From: Eubacteriales bacterium
GTDB lineage: Bacteria > Bacillota > Clostridia > Oscillospirales > CAG-272
NCBI GenBank assembly: GCA_045589215.1
Contig: JAZNOQ010000085.1
Coordinates: 4,348 to 68,347 of the forward strand
Length of the DNA: 64,000 nucleotides
Reading direction: 5' to 3'
A program made the position numbers and the translations under genes. This document shows positions 17,993-26,130 of the stretch, piece after piece (within the stretch, counting starts at the first letter, position 1; each line of letters begins with the position of its first letter). The notes beneath the pieces were generated by a model. That model saw only the letters and a program-made list of their open reading frames with translations. It was not told the origin of the DNA and searched no databases.

Positions 17993-19447
17993 TTACAGTA
18001 TCGTGCCGACGATCAGATCGGCAATCGCGGAGGTCATTCCCGCAGGTAGTCCGAGAAGAACGGTGGACGCCGCGAGAAGCACGGTCGGGAGCACGAGAAG
18101 GAGGGGTTCCTTTTTCGTTTGGGACTCGATAAACGCGGGATTGATTTTGTCCCCGGGATAAAATGCACGCACCGAGACCGACAAGAGCGCGCCTGCCGTA
18201 AGCAGAGCCGACAGGATCAAAACGGCGGGAATGATATACGAAAGGGGAGAAGGGATTCCTTCGAGTGCCGCAGAGGCAAGCGTCCAGGTTGAGAGGAAGC
18301 CGCCCGTCGGGGGCATTCCGATCATAGAAAGCGCGGCAACGGTAAAGGAGAGCGTAGTCACGGGCATTCGTTTTCTGATGCCGCAGAGGGCACTCGTTTC
18401 GGTCTCGCCTGTGAGATAAACGACTGCGCCTGCGAAAAGAAGGAGTGCCGTTTGGGCAGCCGTGTGGGAGGCGATTTGCAGAAACGCGCCCTTAAGCCCG
18501 TCCGCTGTGAAGAGGAAGATCCCAATGAGTGCGTAGGAGACCCGACTGACCGTCAAATAAGCAAGACGCTTTTTAAGGAGCTTTTCATTGTACGCAAGCG
18601 TCGCACCGATCAGGATCGATATGAGCGCGAGGACGATCAGGGCGGTCTGCACCCAGGTTTCCTTGAGAAGGGCAGGACCTGCGATGAAATAAAGGACGCG
18701 AACGATTGCGAGAACACCTACTTTGGTGATGAGTCCCGACAAAAGGGCGCTCGCAGGAGCGGGAGCATTGGGGGAAGCGGATATCAGCCAACCGTGAAGC
18801 GGATAAAGACCGGCCCTCATGCCAAAGCCAAGAACCAAACAAAAGAGCGCCAACAAGGTAAGCGGGAGTGCTTCGAGCCCGACACCGCCGACTGTAAAAG
18901 AGAATGTGGAGGCGATGCCCGCAAGCGCAAAGATACCGAACAGAACGAGGAGCGCACCCGAGACCGAGTAAAACAGATATTTTATCGCACTTCGCTTTGA
19001 CGCGCAGCTTCCGTTGTGAAGAACGAGGGGGATCGAGCAAACGGTCAGTAGCTCACAGAAAACGAACATCGTAACGAGGCTCGTCGACAGGGCTGCGCCG
19101 ATAACTGCCGCTTCGGACAGAAACATACAAATATAAAAGCCGGGCTCGTTTTTCTCGCGTTGCATGGCGACGAAGGAATATAGTATTACGAAAAGCCAGC
19201 CGATCGCAACGAGCGTGCAGAAGAATTTAGCCGTTCCGTCCGAGCGAAAGGCGATCTCGATCTTATCTGAAGCGTGAAAAAGCGTAAGCGCCGTTTCGGG
19301 CAGGAGTACGACCGACGCGAGGAGAGCCGAGACGAGCGATTGCAGGAGGGCCGTAAGAACGAGCAGAAGGGGTCTGTTTGCTTTTCGGAAGATCCCCACG
19401 ACCAAGGCGGCGAGAAGGGGGAAGGGAATAGAGGGAGCAAGTATCAT
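17993..19447 (-). CDS. proton-conducting membrane transporter, NuoN/MnhD-like antiporter subunit (divergent)
   Basis: 484 aa. TM5 Glu (FVFCELLTV), GFGMRAGLYPLHGWL (Arg where Lys is usual) and APASALLSGLITKVG are present. Confidence 0.8.
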   Translation of the reverse strand: MILAPSIPFPLLAALVVGIFRKANRPLLLVLTALLQSLVSALLASVVLLPETALTLFHASDKIEIAFRSDGTAKFFCTLVAIGWLFVILYSFVAMQREKNEPGFYICMFLSEAAVIGAALSTSLVTMFVFCELLTVCSIPLVLHNGSCASKRSAIKYLFYSVSGALLVLFGIFALAGIASTFSFTVGGVGLEALPLTLLALFCLVLGFGMRAGLYPLHGWLISASPNAPAPASALLSGLITKVGVLAIVRVLYFIAGPALLKETWVQTALIVLALISILIGATLAYNEKLLKKRLAYLTVSRVSYALIGIFLFTADGLKGAFLQIASHTAAQTALLLFAGAVVYLTGETETSALCGIRKRMPVTTLSFTVAALSMIGMPPTGGFLSTWTLASAALEGIPSPLSYIIPAVLILSALLTAGALLSVSVRAFYPGDKINPAFIESQTKKEPLLLVLPTVLLAASTVLLGLPAGMTSAIADLIVGTIL

Positions 19448-19563
19448 TGCAGTACCTTTCTTTGCATATCGGCGAACCGAGATGAGCGACCAATGCGTGT
19501 TGCTTTTTTTGGAAAACGCATCGTGACGTTACAGATTTAATGAAAGAAATCGGTTCGAGTTTT

Positions 19564-19592
19564 ATTATACCACACCCATCGTATAATTGCAA
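19564..19592 (-). promoter_or_regulatory. sigma-A promoter for the antiporter-like two-gene operon
   Basis: On the minus strand: TTGCAA, a 17-nt spacer, then TGg-TATAAT, about 115 nt upstream of the start codon at 19447. Confidence 0.6.
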
Positions 19593-20280
19593 GTCCGGCG
19601 GACAAAAAAGCGATAGCGAGAAAGAGAGGAGGACGAAAAATCAACCAAACCGAGGATATATCAACAAAACAGGCCGGAATCATGTGAAGGCAGAACGATG
19701 TGTAGCGGAAACGGAAGTTTGTTTGGCGACAGCAACCGATGCGGAAGATCTTGTATGTGTCATAAAAACAGCCGGATCGGTCATGAAACGAGGGGAAATT
19801 TGCACAAGACGCAAAAGAAGAAATAAATGGAGGAAAAGGCAAAAAAAGGAATTGCTGAATGAAAAAGGTAACATGATCAATGTGTGTCTTTGCGCGAGGG
19901 CAGAAAATTTGCAAAAAAAGAAAAAACTTTCTTTCACGAAGGTGTAGAAAAAACAACTCGATTTTTGTGCAATCTGCACACAGGAGCTTGGCGCACCTCG
20001 AAAAAGCTCCGTTCAGACACAAAAAACAAGCGGTGAAAGTGTGTAACAAGGTCAATTTCTTTTTTGGATGGTCGAAAAATATTTTCAACAAAAAATGGTC
20101 AAAAAGCAAAGAAAAAAGCAGTTCAAAAGGGTAGCTCGGGTAAATGATATTTACTTTTCTCGGGGCGCGCAAAAAGTTTGATTTTGCACTTCTTTTGCGG
20201 CCCGCGTGAAATGTGGAAAACCTGTGTGAAACTTTGTGACACCTATAAGGAAGGAAACCAACGCGAAAGAGGAGAAATGC

Positions 20281-20309
20281 TTGACATTTTGGGCATTGTG
20301 TGGTATGAT
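20281..20309 (+). promoter_or_regulatory. sigma-A promoter of the giant SBP/permease operon
   Basis: TTGACA, a 17-nt spacer, then TGg-TATGAT, leaving a ~195-nt leader. Confidence 0.65.
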
Positions 20310-20369
20310 ATCAACATCAATATTAGGGCAAAATGCGGTCTATGCCGCGTCGACAGCGGCGCTTGAAAT

Positions 20370-20408
20370 CCGGGAGTGTTCCTCTCGGGTTTCATTTTCG
20401 TCTGTTTT
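20370..20408 (+). promoter_or_regulatory. terminator-like hairpin inside the operon leader (candidate attenuator)
   Basis: CCGGGAG-uguuc-CUCUCGG followed by GUUUCAUUUUCGUCUGUUUU. Flanking hairpins are GCCGC-gucgaca-GCGGC (20343-20359) and CCCGAA..UUCGGG (20410-20434). Confidence 0.45.
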
Positions 20409-20504
20409 GCCCGAAAAGCGGCGGTCCGCTTCGGGATGCGCCGAAGGAGCTGCGTGAATTTTCCGCGCGCGACTCCCTGAAAAATCTACTAGGAGGGAAA
20501 ATCC

Positions 20505-23500
20505 ATGAAAAAGACGAAATTACAGCGCTTGATAGCTTTGCTTCTTGCGGCGGTATTTCTGATCTGCGGCGGTACCATAACCGTCGGCGCAACGGATGGA
20601 GGTGGATCGGAGGACGGCTCCTCGGGCAACTCGTCTACCACAACCGTTACGACTGCCGACATTAAGGCACTGCTGAATTCGATGACGTACGACGAGTACG
20701 TTGCGGCTTATTTTGACACGGTTCCCCGTGCAGAGGGAGAGCCTATTGTCATAAACGGCGTCGATTACGACCCCGAGCAGACCAACATAGGGTTTGACGA
20801 CGGCTCGGATGGCGTTTTTGACGACAGCTGTATCTCGGTCCGCGAATACCTTGGCGTTAAAGGGCTTTATACGCCCGGCAACGGCATCGTATCCTGGAAG
20901 ATCGATCAAATAACGAAGAAGACTCGTTATTCGATCAGCATTGAGTACTACCCGATCGAGAATAAGTCTGCTTCCATTGAACGTGTGTTCTACATCAACG
21001 GCTCGGTTCCGTTTAAGGAGGCGCGTTACCTGACCCTTTCAAAGGTTTGGAGAAATGCTTACCCGAACGGCTCGTTTGTCCTTGCAAAGGGTGAGAGCGA
21101 TGCGGATGGAGCGGCATACGTAAGCGCGGCGGCTGAAATCGGGATCAAGGCGAGCTACGACGCCGAGACGAGAACGGTATCATATGAGATGCCCGCATAT
21201 TGGACGCAGGATATTTCGGACCTCGCCAACGAGAAGCAGCTTCGCTTCTTCAAGAACGATATTGACAAAAACGAGATCAGACCCACCATCGAGCAGGTGC
21301 CCGAATGGCGTTCCTACGAGATGAGTGACTCGAACGGCTATTATACCGAGTCCTTTGAGTTCATCGTCGAGCCGAACAAGAACGGTGAGGTGATCCTCTC
21401 GCTCGAGGGCGTGAACGAGCCTATGGTGATCAAGAGCATTACGCTCTTTGCTCACGAGGATAACGTTTCGTACGAGCAATATCTGAAGGATCTCGGCGAC
21501 AAGGCTACCGCTTCGGGTCAGGATAAGATCAAGATCGAGGGCGAGGAGCTGCTTGCGGCTTCCTCCAAGACCATTTACGCGATCAACGATAACTCCTGCG
21601 CGATCAACTCTCCCACCGACACCACCCGTACGGTACTCAACACCATCGGCGGCGAAAAGTGGCAAACGGCAGGTCAGTGGGTGCGCTACGGCTTTGCGGT
21701 GCAGACCGCGGGTATGTACGACATCGCGATCCGTTACCGTCAGAACGTCCTCGACGGTCTGTATACGTCGCGTTCTCTTTCGATCTCTTCCTATTATAAA
21801 GGTGCGAACGGCGAGCTCGTTCGGTACGATAAAGCTACATATCTTGCACAGCACGGAAACACCGCAGGCTTCTATGACGGTGTTCCGTTCGACGAGGCTG
21901 CGAGACTTCAGTTCTCTTACGACCAGGATTGGCAATCGACCTTCCTAACCGCAGATGTTGACGGAGACAAGAACCTGCCGATCTACTTCGAGGATGGCGT
22001 CGTGTATATGATGGAGATCGAGGTCACCATCGGTGAGATGGGCGAGATCGTTCGTGAGGTCCAGGAAACGCTTGATGTTATCAATGACTGCTATCTGAAC
22101 ATTCTCCAGCTGACCGGTACGAACCCTGACGAATACCGCGACTACGGATTCTCGCGTATTATGCCCGATACCATCAACCAGATGGAGATGGCGGCGCAGA
22201 GACTTGCGGGGCCGAACTCCGACGGTGAGGGCGGTATTGTTAAGGCACTTGAGAACATTTCGGGCGAGGCGAGCTCGATGACCGCAACTCTGGAGCGTGT
22301 GGCATGGCTCCTCCACCGTATGACGGATGAGGATAACATCGCATCGAACCTCGGTCAGCTTAAGACCTATATCGGTACGCTCGGTACTTGGCTTGGCGAT
22401 GCAAAGACCCAGCCCCTTCAGCTTGACTACCTCGTGGTTCAGCCCACGAACGGAAAGCTGCCTAAGGCGACTCCGAACTTCTTTAAGACGATGGCTCATG
22501 AGTTCTCGAGCTTCTTCCAGAGCTTCATTCGAAATTACGACCGTATGGGCGCAACCGTTGAAGCTACCGATGCCGCGACCGAGGTATGGCTTGCATATGG
22601 CCGTGACCAGTCTCAGGTCATCCGTAATCTGATCAACAACGATTTTACTCCCAATAAGGAGGAGTTCGGCGATAAGGACGGCAACGAGATCATCGTTGAC
22701 CTGAAACTTGTCGCAGGCGGCACGCTCCTTCCGTCTATCCTTTCGGGTGCGGGTCCTGATGTTTATATCGGACTTGGCGAGGATAACGTAATCAACTACG
22801 CGATCCGCGGTGCACTCATTGCGATCGAAAATATGGAAGGCTTCAATGAAATGTGCCTCCAGGAATATGAGGACGAAAACGGTAATATTGTCGACAACTC
22901 GAAGAACGCACAGTTCAATGAGGCGGCAATGATCGTTATGGGCATTGAGGACGCTAAGGGGGATATGCATTACTACGGTCTCCCCGAGACGCAGGGCTTC
23001 AGTATGATGTTCGTGCGTGAGGATATCCTTGCTGACCTTGATATCGATATTCCCCGTACGTGGGATGACATCTACGCCGCGATCCCCACGCTTCAGGCGA
23101 ACAACATGCAGATCGGTGTACAGAACGACTACAAGATCTTCCTGTACCAGATGGGCGGCGAGCTCTTTGCGGATAACGGTATGAGAATCAATCTTGATTC
23201 CAACGTTGCGCTGACCTCGTTCAATATGATGTGTAATCTCTTTACACAGTACGGCTTCCCCTATAAGTACGACTTTGCAAACCGTTTCAGAACCGGTGAG
23301 ATGCCGATCGGCTTTGCAAGCTACACGGGTACCTACAACCACCTGAAGGTCTTCGCGACTGAGATCGAGGGCTTGTGGGGCTTCTACCCGCTTCCCGGTA
23401 TGATCAAGACCGACGAGAAGGGAAATGAGATCTATGACGAGAACGGTGATCCCGTGATCAACAACGTTGCGGTCTCTGCTTGCTCTGCGATCGTTATGAT

Positions 23501-24149
23501 CGTCGGATGCGACAACGAGTACAACGCATGGCAGTTTATGAGATGGCACGTAGGTGCTGATTGTCAGGCGACATACTCGGAGGAGATGTGTGCGATCATC
23601 GGTCCTTCCGCAAAGCACTCTACCGCAAACCTCCAGGCACTTGCAGATATGCCTTGGACCTCCGAGGAGCTTCTGCAGCTCGGAACGCAGTTCAACAATC
23701 TCGCATCTATCCCGAACTACCCCGGTTCCTACATCATCGGCCGTTACACCAACTTCGCATTCCTCTCGGCGTATAATAGCTCGGCAGACCCTACCGAGGA
23801 GCTGCTCTCCTATATCACCACGATCAACAAGGAGATCACGCGTAAGCGTGAGGAGTTTGAGCTTGAAACGCTCGAGATCGGTCAGACCCTCGCCGAAAAG
23901 AGGATCGGAGAGGCAGAGGCTGCTCTTAAAGCACTTCGCGAATCCGACTCTTGGAGCGCAAGCTACGATGCTCTTTATGAAAGATCGCTCGGAAGCTACG
24001 GTCTCCTCCATCAGACACAAGAAGACTACGCCGCACTCTTTGCTCTTGCTTCCGACTTTAAGACCGCAAACGCGACTCTGTTCGAGGAAGTCGTTGAGTG
24101 CATCAATGAGGCCGCTACGGCACTGAAGACTTACGAGGCTTATAAATAA
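20505..24149 (+). CDS. giant extracellular solute-binding protein: signal peptide + two CBM/beta-sandwich-like segments + helical module + family-1 (CUT1) SBP domain + helical C-terminal tail
   Basis: AGGAGGG RBS and a signal peptide (LIALLLAAVFLICGG..VGA|TD). A CBM6/35-like stretch is present (KIEGEELL...GQWVRYGFAVQTAGMYDIAIRYRQ). SBP-like blocks are EVWLAYGRDQ, LLPSILSGAGPDVYIG and WGFYPLPG. Confidence 0.75.
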   Translation: MKKTKLQRLIALLLAAVFLICGGTITVGATDGGGSEDGSSGNSSTTTVTTADIKALLNSMTYDEYVAAYFDTVPRAEGEPIVINGVDYDPEQTNIGFDDGSDGVFDDSCISVREYLGVKGLYTPGNGIVSWKIDQITKKTRYSISIEYYPIENKSASIERVFYINGSVPFKEARYLTLSKVWRNAYPNGSFVLAKGESDADGAAYVSAAAEIGIKASYDAETRTVSYEMPAYWTQDISDLANEKQLRFFKNDIDKNEIRPTIEQVPEWRSYEMSDSNGYYTESFEFIVEPNKNGEVILSLEGVNEPMVIKSITLFAHEDNVSYEQYLKDLGDKATASGQDKIKIEGEELLAASSKTIYAINDNSCAINSPTDTTRTVLNTIGGEKWQTAGQWVRYGFAVQTAGMYDIAIRYRQNVLDGLYTSRSLSISSYYKGANGELVRYDKATYLAQHGNTAGFYDGVPFDEAARLQFSYDQDWQSTFLTADVDGDKNLPIYFEDGVVYMMEIEVTIGEMGEIVREVQETLDVINDCYLNILQLTGTNPDEYRDYGFSRIMPDTINQMEMAAQRLAGPNSDGEGGIVKALENISGEASSMTATLERVAWLLHRMTDEDNIASNLGQLKTYIGTLGTWLGDAKTQPLQLDYLVVQPTNGKLPKATPNFFKTMAHEFSSFFQSFIRNYDRMGATVEATDAATEVWLAYGRDQSQVIRNLINNDFTPNKEEFGDKDGNEIIVDLKLVAGGTLLPSILSGAGPDVYIGLGEDNVINYAIRGALIAIENMEGFNEMCLQEYEDENGNIVDNSKNAQFNEAAMIVMGIEDAKGDMHYYGLPETQGFSMMFVREDILADLDIDIPRTWDDIYAAIPTLQANNMQIGVQNDYKIFLYQMGGELFADNGMRINLDSNVALTSFNMMCNLFTQYGFPYKYDFANRFRTGEMPIGFASYTGTYNHLKVFATEIEGLWGFYPLPGMIKTDEKGNEIYDENGDPVINNVAVSACSAIVMIVGCDNEYNAWQFMRWHVGADCQATYSEEMCAIIGPSAKHSTANLQALADMPWTSEELLQLGTQFNNLASIPNYPGSYIIGRYTNFAFLSAYNSSADPTEELLSYITTINKEITRKREEFELETLEIGQTLAEKRIGEAEAALKALRESDSWSASYDALYERSLGSYGLLHQTQEDYAALFALASDFKTANATLFEEVVECINEAATALKTYEAYK

Positions 24150-24200
24150 TTCGCCGGATGCAATAATAAACCTACATTATTATATAATACGGCGCAGATC

Positions 24201-24239
24201 CGTGATCGGGATTTTGCAGAAAGGCAAATTCCCGACACG
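24201..24239 (+). other. intercistronic stem-loop between the SBP gene and the first permease gene
   Basis: CGTGATCGGGATTT / AAATTCCCGACACG forms an imperfect ~13-bp stem with no U-tract. The placement is typical of SBP-mRNA stabilisers in ABC operons. Confidence 0.4.
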
Positions 24240-24290
24240 GTGAGCCCCGCAAATCTTCGCTCGAAATTTTAGTTAAGGAGATAAGAGCAT

Positions 24291-25238
24291 ATGCCTACAA
24301 AAGTGAAACAGAAACAAGCTGTTTCCAGAAAGGACATGACGAAAGCGCAATGGATCTGGAAGGAAATGAAGCGCAATAAGGTCGGCTACGCAATGATCGC
24401 CCCCTTTATGCTCGTTTTCACGCTTTTCACCGTTGTGCCGGTCGCATTGTCCATTTATTACAGCTTTACAGACTTTAACCTGCTCGAGACAGCCCAGTGG
24501 CGAGGAATTGAAAACTACATTCGTCTGTTCCTTGACGATGACATCTTCCTCATATGTGTGAAGAACACGTTTATGTTCGCGGTGGTCGTAGGCCCCGCGT
24601 CCTACCTGATTTCCTTCCTCGTCGCATGGTTCATCAACGAGCTTTCTCCGATCGTTCGTTCGATCGTTACCCTGATTTTCTACGCTCCGTCCATTGCGGG
24701 TCAGGTTTACCTGATTTGGGGTACTCTTTTCTCGAGTGACTCCTACGGATGGGTCAATGCAACACTATTGAATATGGGTATGATCAGTGAACCGATCGCC
24801 TTCTTCGAGGATGAGGACTACGTTATGCCGCTTTGTATCGTGGTCTCTCTTTGGACGTCACTCGGTACTGCGTTCCTGTCGTTTATCGCAGGTCTGCAGG
24901 GTATTGATCACTCGCTGTACGAGGCGGGTGCCGTCGACGGTGTCAAGAACCGTTGGCAGGAGCTGTGGTACATTACGCTTCCTACGATGAGACCGCAGCT
25001 GATGTTCGGTGCGATCATGGCGATCACGAACTCCTTCGGATTTGGCGGTATCGTTACCGCGCTGTGCGGATTCCCGTCGGTTAACTACTGTGCGCATACG
25101 ATCATGCACCATCTTGAGGACTATGGCGGACAACGCTTTGAGATCGGTTATTCTTCCACCATTGCTGTCGTCTTGTTCGTTATCATGATCGGTGCGAACA
25201 TGCTCGTCAAGAAAGTGCTTTCTAAGGTGGGTAAGTAA
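24291..25238 (+). CDS. carbohydrate ABC transporter permease (MalF-like), pair 1
   Basis: Six TM helices and an EAA loop (YEAGAVDGVKNRWQELWYITLPTMRP). Good RBS. Confidence 0.9.
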   Translation: MPTKVKQKQAVSRKDMTKAQWIWKEMKRNKVGYAMIAPFMLVFTLFTVVPVALSIYYSFTDFNLLETAQWRGIENYIRLFLDDDIFLICVKNTFMFAVVVGPASYLISFLVAWFINELSPIVRSIVTLIFYAPSIAGQVYLIWGTLFSSDSYGWVNATLLNMGMISEPIAFFEDEDYVMPLCIVVSLWTSLGTAFLSFIAGLQGIDHSLYEAGAVDGVKNRWQELWYITLPTMRPQLMFGAIMAITNSFGFGGIVTALCGFPSVNYCAHTIMHHLEDYGGQRFEIGYSSTIAVVLFVIMIGANMLVKKVLSKVGK

Positions 25239-25239
25239 T

Positions 25240-26112
25240 ATGGCAAAGTTAAGAACAAGAAGACACAAGGTCGTCCTTGCCCGCTCACGAGGCGGTGATG
25301 CGGCGATATCGGTTATCCTTGTAATTTTGGGCGCGTTCATGTTCCTCCCGATGTATTACGTCGTGATACAGTCCTTTAAGCCCCTTGATGAGCTTTGGAT
25401 GTTCCCGCCCCGATTCTACGTAATCAATATGACCCCTAAGAACTACACGGATCTCTTTACATTGATGAGCACCTCGTGGGTTCCGTTCTCGCGTTACATT
25501 TTCAATACTGTTCTGACCTCGGTAGCAGGTACGTTCGGTAACCTGTTCTCGGCATCTCTTGCGGCATACGCAATTTCCAAGATCAAGTTCCCGGGACGAA
25601 AGTTTACGTTTAAGCTCGTCCGTACCTCGCTGATGTTCCACTCGACCGTTACCGGTATCACGTCCTTTATGATTATGTCGAGTCTTAAGCTCGTCGATAC
25701 ATATTGGGCGCTGATCCTTCCGGCACTCGGTTATAAGCTCGGCCTTTACCTGATGAAGCAGTTTATGGACACCAACGTTCCCAACACGGTCCTTGAAAGT
25801 GCCCGTCTCGACGGCTCGGGAGAATTGCGGACCTTCTGGGTCATTGCAATGCCTATGGTTAAGCCCGCATGGCTGACACTGATCATCTACTGCTTCGAGG
25901 ATCTGTGGAATAGAGGCTCTTCGACCTATATTCATTCGGAGCAGCTCAAATCGTTTAACTACGCAATCGGTCAGATCATGGCAGGCGGTATCAAACGTGC
26001 AGGTGCGCATGCCGCTTCCACGGTCATTATGATGCTCGTCCCGATCGCGGTATTCGTTATTACCCAGTCGAACGTCATCGAAACGATGGGCTCCTCGGGC
26101 ATGAAGGATTAA
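25240..26112 (+). CDS. carbohydrate ABC transporter permease (MalG-like), pair 1
   Basis: The ATG lies 1 nt after the upstream stop. EAA loop is ESARLDGSGELRTFWVIAMPMVKPA. Confidence 0.9.
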   Translation: MAKLRTRRHKVVLARSRGGDAAISVILVILGAFMFLPMYYVVIQSFKPLDELWMFPPRFYVINMTPKNYTDLFTLMSTSWVPFSRYIFNTVLTSVAGTFGNLFSASLAAYAISKIKFPGRKFTFKLVRTSLMFHSTVTGITSFMIMSSLKLVDTYWALILPALGYKLGLYLMKQFMDTNVPNTVLESARLDGSGELRTFWVIAMPMVKPAWLTLIIYCFEDLWNRGSSTYIHSEQLKSFNYAIGQIMAGGIKRAGAHAASTVIMMLVPIAVFVITQSNVIETMGSSGMKD

Positions 26113-26130
26113 AAGGAGGCAAGATTTTAT

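Noticed and set aside
20034-20048. cre-like (CcpA) or CRP-like sites in the operon upstream region, such as TGAAAGTGTGTAACA and TGTGAAACTTTGTGAC (20226-20241).
   Set aside because: They lack the central CG of the cre consensus and the TGTGA-N6-TCACA symmetry. They are too degenerate to call.
19537-20172. 211-aa (minus) and 135-aa (plus, 19540-19947) ORFs in the long A-rich spacer.
   Set aside because: Their sequences are low-complexity (Phe/Leu-rich and Lys/Arg-rich respectively) and reflect homopolymer tracts. They have no RBS and overlap each other, so I treat the region as non-coding.
21945-24020. 691-aa minus-strand ORF antisense to the giant SBP gene.
   Set aside because: The reasoning is the same. 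It is wholly contained in a well-supported sense gene, has no RBS and has low-complexity composition.
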